NCBI GenBank assembly: GCA_963846575.1
Contig: CAWJWJ010000002.1
Span: 2,240,001 to 2,304,000, forward strand
From: an uncultured Nitrospiraceae bacterium
Lineage (GTDB): Bacteria > Nitrospirota > Nitrospiria > Nitrospirales > Nitrospiraceae
DNA length: 64,000 bases
Direction of reading: 5' to 3'
The position numbers were made by a program, and so were the translations under genes. Positions within the stretch are counted from its first letter, which is position 1, and each line of letters begins with the position of its first letter. The notes under the pieces are model-generated. The model saw nothing but the letters and a program-made list of their open reading frames with translations, made no database searches and had not been told where the DNA came from. This document shows positions 9,056-16,900 of this stretch, piece by piece.

Positions 9056-9376
9056 TTAGGAACGGGGAGGCGCGCGCGAAGTCCTAAGCGTACCGAGCGA
9101 TTGTGAGACAAGGATCGATTGATAGGCGGCGGACGATGGGGCTTCTGCGAGGAGGGAACAGGTCGCCGGTGCGTCCCCGGCCAGCGAGTGGCCCGTGTGG
9201 TACTGCACCCACTGACAGAGGTCGGTATCCGAATGTTCGTGGCCGTCGTGATCGGCTGCCGCCAGATCGTGATGAATCTGCAACGCCGCCGCGAACGGCA
9301 CCATGGCCAGCAACAAGCACGCGAGGAGCAGGGCGACCGCTCGTCTTGAATTGACATGGGGATGACGGGAAGACAT
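9056..9376 (-). CDS. DUF2946/CruR-like leader protein with C-terminal RAPP arrest motif
   Basis: N-terminal hydrophobic helix, His-rich segment HHDLAAADHDGHEH, C-terminus SRAPPRS*; ends 93 nt upstream of the TBDT. Confidence 0.8.
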   Translation of the reverse strand: MSSRHPHVNSRRAVALLLACLLLAMVPFAAALQIHHDLAAADHDGHEHSDTDLCQWVQYHTGHSLAGDAPATCSLLAEAPSSAAYQSILVSQSLGTLRTSRAPPRS

Positions 9377-9410
9377 CAATGGCCAGATAGTTCCAGTTTT
9401 TCAACCGTGG

Positions 9411-9439
9411 GTTGTAACAAAGCCGTGAAGTGAAAGCAA
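9411..9439 (-). promoter_or_regulatory. Candidate sigma70 promoter for leader/TBDT operon
   Basis: TTGCTT-17 bp-TACAAC with TG at extended -10; imperfect -10. Confidence 0.3.
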
Positions 9440-9465
9440 GAACGAGCCGTCCGCTGCTCACGCTC

Positions 9466-9494
9466 TGGACATTCCACAATCTATTCGCTATGGT
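9466..9494 (+). promoter_or_regulatory. Candidate sigma70 promoter for DAHP synthase
   Basis: TGGACA-17 bp-TATGGT. Confidence 0.4.
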
Positions 9495-9549
9495 AGAGGC
9501 CACTCTTCAATCACGGAATGAGCAACCTGCCGTTCCTAAAGGGACCACC

Positions 9550-10608
9550 ATGACCAGGCCGATCGACAACCAGCACGTTATTGAAATCAAGCCGCTCCCC
9601 TCGCCTCGCGATGTCAAGACCCGTCTACCGATCACCGACGACGTGGCGGAGCTGGTATTTCAGACGAGGCAATCGATTCGGAACATCCTGCATGGCCGTG
9701 ATATGGAACGGCTCATCGTGATCGTCGGCCCCTGCTCGATCCACGATGCCGACGCCGCCTACGAGTATGCCGAACGGCTCAGGCCGGTCGCCGAAGCAGT
9801 CCGTGAGAAACTTCTGGTCGTGATGCGCACCTATTTCGAAAAGCCCCGGACCACCGTGGGCTGGAAGGGATTGATCAACGACCCCCATCTCGACGGCACC
9901 TGTGAGATTGCCCAGGGTATCCAGCTGGCCCGGACGATCCTGTTGAACATCAATGGGAAAGGGCTTCCCTGCGCGACGGAATTGCTCGACCCGGTCACGC
10001 CGCAGTTCATTGCGGATCTCCTGAGTTGGACGGCGATCGGGGCACGCACCACCGAGAGTCAGATTCATCGCGAAATGGCGAGCGGCCTGTCGATGCCGGT
10101 CGGGTTCAAGAACGGCACCGAAGGGAGCCTACAGGTCGCGATCAATGCCATGATCACCAGCCGCAGCCCGCACCACTTTGTCGGAGTCAACGCCGACGGC
10201 ATGACCTCCATCATCAAGACCACCGGCAATCCTGACCATCACATCGTGCTTCGTGGCGGCGGCGGTCGCACCAACTATAGCGTCGAAGACATTGCCCGCG
10301 CGGAAGGCGCCGTCGCCACCGAAGGCCTCGCACGCGGCGTCATGGTGGATTGTTCCCACGACAACTCGGGAAAGAACCATCAACGTCAGGTTGAAGTCGC
10401 CGGAGAAGTCCTTAAACAATTCCGGCAAGGCCGCCGGTCGATCATGGGCGTCATGCTTGAAAGCCACTTACAAGGCGGTAGACAGAGTTGGGATCCGAGC
10501 AAGGCTCTCACCTACGGGATGTCGATCACCGACTCCTGCCTGGCCTGGGACGATACTGAAGCCCTCCTCCACGGCATGGCCGAGGCGCTCGCCACGCGTC
10601 CCGTCTAG
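9550..10608 (+). CDS. 3-deoxy-7-phosphoheptulonate (DAHP) synthase, class I alpha (AroF/G/H family)
   Basis: GPCSIHD, RTYFEKPRTTVGWKG, IGARTTESQIHR, GFKNGT, DCSHDNS, YGMSITDSC. Confidence 0.96.
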   Translation: MTRPIDNQHVIEIKPLPSPRDVKTRLPITDDVAELVFQTRQSIRNILHGRDMERLIVIVGPCSIHDADAAYEYAERLRPVAEAVREKLLVVMRTYFEKPRTTVGWKGLINDPHLDGTCEIAQGIQLARTILLNINGKGLPCATELLDPVTPQFIADLLSWTAIGARTTESQIHREMASGLSMPVGFKNGTEGSLQVAINAMITSRSPHHFVGVNADGMTSIIKTTGNPDHHIVLRGGGGRTNYSVEDIARAEGAVATEGLARGVMVDCSHDNSGKNHQRQVEVAGEVLKQFRQGRRSIMGVMLESHLQGGRQSWDPSKALTYGMSITDSCLAWDDTEALLHGMAEALATRPV

Positions 10609-10940
10609 CAGATTTGAAATACGTTGCTCCGACGGCGGGCGCATCGTCCGAAGACAGGGGTCCAAACCTGCCCGCCTGTTTCACGATCCTGCAGAGTTCC
10701 CGACGGCGAGAACATCACGACGTTCCCTGAAGGTCTCCGAGAGCTAGCCTTCCAGCAGCAGCCTCTTCACTCCGTCCCCAATCGCGTTCAGGGGCGCCAG
10801 GCCCGTGTCGAAACGTCTGAGCAATCGTCCGTCCGTGGTACGTCGGCTTCCAGGCTATGCAGCCGCAGTATACTGCCCGCTGAATTGACCCATGGGGCCA
10901 AAGCTCGGCGGTCTGTGCCGATCTTTTCACCGTTCGCCTC

Positions 10941-13900
10941 TTGACCAGTTCGTCGTCTCCACTGAAGGGAATCTCGACATTGAAGATCCGCAACAGATTA
11001 CGTGAAGGCCGTCTCCGTGTGACCGATGTTCTGAGGAGGAGCACTCTGTCACAGTCGGATGTCGGCCACGAACCTCCGTTGCGCTCGGAGCTGTTCAGCG
11101 CCGGGCAGATGCACCAACACGGTAAGACGCTAGCGGGATCGCACGAGGTGAGTGCGGATCACGAACCGGACCAGTTGCTCAGCCGGTTGGCGGAGAATGA
11201 AGCGGTGCTGATGGAAGTGCGCGGCCTGGTGTCGGATGCCATGAAGGGCAGTCGTCGCATCACCCCCGCCGGTGAATGGTTATTGGATAATTTCTATTTG
11301 ATCGAGGAACAGATCCGCATGGCCAAGCGGCACTTGCCCAAGGGCTACAGCCGTGAGCTGCCTCGTCTCGCCAAGGGCCCTTCCACCGGCCTGCCACGGG
11401 TCTATGACATCGCTCTGGAAATCATCTCCCACGGGGATGGTCGAGTCGATCCGGAAAGTCTCAGCAGTTTTGTGGTGGCGTACCAAACCGTCACAGCCCT
11501 GAAGCTGGGCGAGTTATGGGCCATTCCCATCATGATCCGCCTGGCATTAATCGAAAATCTGCGACGCGCCGGCGCACGCATCGCGAGCGACCGAGTGCAT
11601 CGCAATCGCGCCTACGAATGGGCCGGCCAGATGATGGAGACGGCAGAGAAGGATCCCAAGAGTCTCATCCTGGTCATCGCAGACATGGCACGATCGAACC
11701 CGCCCATGGTGAGCGCCTTCGTGGCGGAACTTGCCAGGCGGCTTCAAGGGCAAAGTGCGGCACTGGCGTTGCCGCTCACCTGGATCGAGCAACGGTTGTC
11801 CGAGTCGGGACTCACCATCGAACATCTGGTGCAATCGGAGACGCAACAGCAGGCGATCGACCAGGTCTCCATGAGCAACAGTATCGGCAGCCTCAGGTTC
11901 CTGGCCGCGATGGACTGGCGCGAATTTGTCGAGGCCCACAGCGTCGTGGAGCAGACTCTGCATGCAGATCCGGCAGGGGTGTATAGCCGGATGGACTTTG
12001 CGACACGGGACCGCTACCGCCATGCGGTGGAGAGACTGTCCAAACGTAGTCCTCTCTCGGAACCTGAAGTCGCGACACGGGCCGTTCGGCTCGCCGAACG
12101 CCGGGCCGGTGAAACGGGAACGGACCATCGCGACGCCCACGTCGGCTTCTATCTGGTCGATAAGGGGCAGCCTCAGTTGGAACAAGCAGTCGGCATGCGC
12201 CGCTCGTTATTCGACTGGATCGGGAAATGGAGCGGCCGAGGCGCGACACCGGTCTATCTCGGTTCCATCCTGCTCCTGACGGCCGCGTTGACAGGCGGCT
12301 TCCTTGCCCTTGCGGCTGCCGATGGCTGGAGTGCCTGGCGGCTTGCCTTGATGGGATTCCTTTCGGCGTTGGCCTCCAGTCAGCTCGCGGTGACCCTGGT
12401 GAACTGGCTCGCCACGGCCCTCGTGACACCGAACCCGCTTCCGCGAATGGATTTCACCGAGGGTCTTCCTCCTGAATTACGAACCCTGGTGGTCGTCCCC
12501 ACCCTCCTTCAGAATGCACAGGGCGTCGAAGACCTCATCGAGGCGCTCGAAGTCCGGTTCCTCGCCAACCGGGACAGACACCTCCACTTTGCACTCCTCA
12601 CTGACCTTCCCGATGCTGCGCATGAAACTGTTGCAGAAGATGACCAGGTGGTGCGGCTCGTCCAGACACGCATCGAAGCGCTGAATGACAAATACAACAG
12701 CGAGCACGGCGAGACGTTCTTCCTCTTTCATCGACCACGTCGCTGGAATGCCCAAGAGCGGGCGTGGATGGGGTATGAGCGGAAACGTGGCAAACTCGGG
12801 GACCTGAACGCGCTGCTCCGGGGCGGTTCAGAGGATCGCTTCTCGATGGTGATCGGAAAGACGGCAATACTGTCCTCCGTCAAATACGTGATCACGCTCG
12901 ACACGGATACGCAACTGCCTCGCGATTCCGCTCGCCAGTTTGTGGCAGCGATGGCACACCCTCTCAATCGTCCACGGTATGACCTCAAGGCCCAGCGAGT
13001 CACCGAAGGGTATGGCATCCTTCAACCTCGCGTGGCCGTCAGCTTACCCGGCACCAACCGATCAAGGTACGCGCGTCTCAATGCCAGCGAACCGGGCATT
13101 GACCCTTATACCCGCGCCGTTTCGGATGTGTATCAGGACGTCTTTGGAGAAGGGTCTTTCATCGGCAAGGGCATTTATGAGGTCGAGGCCTTCGAACGGG
13201 CGCTCCACAACCGGTTTCCGGAAAATCGAATCCTCAGCCACGATCTGCTCGAAGGTTCCTATGCGCGAGCCGGGTTCTTGAGCGACGTCCAGCTGTATGA
13301 GGAATATCCAGCCCGGTACCGCTCGGATGTCGCCCGGCGGTATCGCTGGATTCGCGGAGACTGGCAGATCGCACGATGGGCATTTCCGCAAGTACCGGGG
13401 GCTAACGGGCGCACCCAAAACAATCCGCTCTCAACACTCGCCCGTTGGAAGATCTTTGACAACCTGCGCCGAAGTCTCGTGCCTGCGGCGATGCTGTCCC
13501 TGTTCCTGCTGGGCTGGACCGTTCTGTCTCCCGTCTGGCTCTGGAGCCTCTCGGCGCTTTCGCTCCTCCTGATTGCTCCACTGATGGCCGCTTTCGGGGA
13601 TCTGTTTCGTAAGCCAGAAGATGTGCGGCTCGACCAGCACCTGACGTCGACGGCTCGGGCCACGACGCAACAGCTTACGCACGCCATGTTGACCCTCATG
13701 TGCCTGCCCTATGAGGCCTACTACAGCCTGGGGGCAATCCTCCGGACAGCCGGCCGCATCTGGCTCACCCGCACGCGTCTATTGGAATGGAGCCCATCAA
13801 GCACAGTGCACGGAACCGCAACGGGCCTGATCGGAGAGTACCGATCGATGTGGGTCTCCCCAGGCCTTGCCCTGGGGACCGCAGCCTATCTCCTGCTCTC

Positions 13901-16900
13901 GCGCCCGGACGCACTGCTGGTAGCAGGACCGGTGTTGATCCTCTGGGGGACGTCTCCCCTGTTCACCTGGTGGATCAGTCGGCCGATCGCCCGGTACGAG
14001 GCGAAGCTCACGGCGGACCACACCCTGTTCCTCCGCAAGATGGCCCGCAAGACCTGGGGATTTTTTGAGACCTATGTCGGCCCGGATGACCACTGGCTTC
14101 CGCCGGATAATTACCAGGAGCACCCCGTCCCGCGAGTGGCACACCGCACGTCGCCGACGAATATGGGCCTGGCGCTGCTCGCGAACTTGTCTGCCTACGA
14201 TTTCGGCTACCTGTCAACAGGACGCCTCCTGGAACGCACGAAACAGGCTTTCGACAGCATGGCGAGATTGGAACGGTATCGAGGCCACTTCTACAACTGG
14301 TACGACACGCAGTCCTTAAAACCCCTCTTGCCCATGTACATTTCGTCCGTGGACAGTGGGAACCTGGCCGGACACGTCCTGACGTTGCGGTCGGGGCTGC
14401 TCACCATCCCGGATCATGCGATCCTCTCTCATCGCGTCTTTGACGGCCTTCGCGACACCCTGACGATCTGGAACGATGCTCTCGGAGAGGCGGGGGACCT
14501 CCCACTCGGCAGGCTGAGTACGGAGTTGACCGCTGCATCCCTGGACAGCTCGGCCACGCTCACGGCGGCGCACCGGTCTCTGGATGGCCTGGCGACGCTC
14601 GCGGCTGAAGCCGCGTCTCGTCTCGATACCACTGCGGACGGGAATGCACGACGATGGGCCCATGCCTTTGAGCAACAGTGCCGTGGCGCGCTCACTGATC
14701 TGACGGTGCTTGCGCCCTGGATCGGTCTTCCGGACTCGCCTCGCACGCTCAGTTCCTTCCCGGAATTAGACCAGATACCGACACTCCGGAGACTGACCGA
14801 ACTGGAAAGCGAATGGCTGCCGGCAATTGAGCAACGACTCGGTCCCGACACCACGGAGCCGGATCGGGACTGGCTGGCCGGACTTCAACGGCATCTCAAC
14901 GACGCGGGCCAGCGCGCCGGTGAACGCATCACCTCGCTTAATCACCTGGCCTGGCGATCGGGCCAGTTCGCCCGGATGGAGTTTGACTTCCTGTTCGACG
15001 GGACACGGTTCCTCCTGTCTATCGGGTACAGCGTCACAGACCGACGGCGCGATGTCAGCTACTACGACCTTCTGGCATCGGAAGCACGATTGTGCAGCTT
15101 CGTCGCCATTGCGCAGGGACAATTGCCGCAGGAGAGCTGGTTTGCCCTGGGGCGCCTGCTCACGACCACGGGTGGAGATCCCATTCTCATGTCCTGGAGC
15201 GGTTCGATGTTCGAATACTTGATGCCGCTCCTGGTCATGCCGACCTACCAGCACACGCTGCTGGATCAGACCTATCAGGCTGCGGTGGCAAGACAGATCG
15301 AATATGGACGGGAGCGGGGCATACCCTGGGGCGTATCCGAATCCGGCTATAACATGGTCGACGTCCATTTGAATTACCAGTACCGGGCGTTTGGCGTGCC
15401 CGGCCTGGGCCTCAAGCGGGGGCTGGGTGAGGAGTTGGTCATCACGCCCTATGCCACGGCCCTCGCCCTCATGGTCGCGCCCGAAGAAGCCTGCCTGAAC
15501 CTGCAACGGCTCGCCGCGGAAGGAGCTGAAGGCCCATTCGGATTATATGAAGCGATCGACTACACGCCGTCTCGCCTTCCACGCGGCCAATCGAGTGCCG
15601 TGGTTCGTTCGTATATGGCCCACCACGTAGGGATGAGTTTTCTTTCCCTAGCCTACGTGATCCTGGATCGTCCGATGCAACGGCGCTTCGAAGCCGAACC
15701 GTTGTTTCAGGCGACCATGCTGTTATTGCAGGAACGGATTCCAAAGGCCACCGCGTTCTATGCTCACAGCGCCGAGCTCTCAGACCTCCGCCCGGCATCG
15801 GGTGTTTCGGAAACGCCGGTTCGCATCCTGACTACGCCGAACACGCCGGTTCCCGAAGTGCAGCTCCTGTCCAACGGCCGATATCACGTCATGGTCACCA
15901 ATACGGGTGGCGGGTACAGCCGCTGGAAGGACCTGGCGGTCACGCGATGGCGTGAAGACAGCACCTGCGACAACTGGGGGACGTTCTGTTACATCCGCGA
16001 TGTCGAAAGCGGAGAGTTCTGGTCGATGGCCTATCAGCCGACGCTCAAACCGTCGAAAACGTACGAGGTCATCTTTTCAGAAGGGCGTGCGGAATATCGA
16101 CGCCACGACCATGAGATCGAGACGCACGCCGAGATCGTGGTGTCCCCTGAAGATGATATTGAACTGCGCCGGATCCGCCTCACGAACTGCTCCGGAACCA
16201 GGCGTACCATCGACCTGACCAGCTATGCGGAGGTCCTGCTGGCATTGCCGGCGGCCGACGCCCTGCACCCGGCATTCAGCAACCTCTTTGTGCAGACTGA
16301 AATCGTCCCTGAGCGTCAGGCGATTCTCGCCACACGCCGCCCCCGTTCACTCAACGAGCAGGCCCCCTGGGCATTTCACCTCATGGCGGTACGTGGCCCC
16401 CACAGCGGAGAAATCTCTTACGAGACGGACCGCATGCAGTTCATCGGCCGCGCCCGCACGCTTGCCTCCCCGCAAGCCATGGACCGTTCCGCGCTCTCGG
16501 GAAGCCAGGGCTCCGTGCTGGATCCGGTGGTGTCCATCCGTTGCCAGATCGTCCTTGATCCGGAAGAGTCCGTCACGGTGGATCTCGTATCCGGCATTGG
16601 CGAGACCCGGGACATCTGTCTGCGCCTGGTCGATAAATATCAGGACCGGCATCTCGCCGATCGCGTCTTCGAGTTGGCCTGGACACACAGCCAGGTGGTG
16701 TTGCGGCAACTGAACGCCACCGAAGCGGACGCGCAACTCTACGGACGTCTGGCCGGCTCGATTCTCTATGCCAATGCCTCCTTGCGGGCCGAGGCGTCAC
16801 TGCTCAGCAAAAACCGCCGCGGACAGTCCGGCCTCTGGGGTTATGCCATATCAGGCGATCTGCCGATCGTACTGCTCCAGATTGGAGACCCCTCGAACAT

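Noticed and set aside
9405..9425. TGTTACAAC as a possible Zur/Fur box upstream of the leader
   Set aside because: Only a partial match without a convincing full palindrome; equally explained as a -10 element
9550..10608. DAHP synthase as a siderophore-pathway gene linked to the TBDT
   Set aside because: No isochorismate, NRPS or NIS genes nearby; adjacency alone is insufficient
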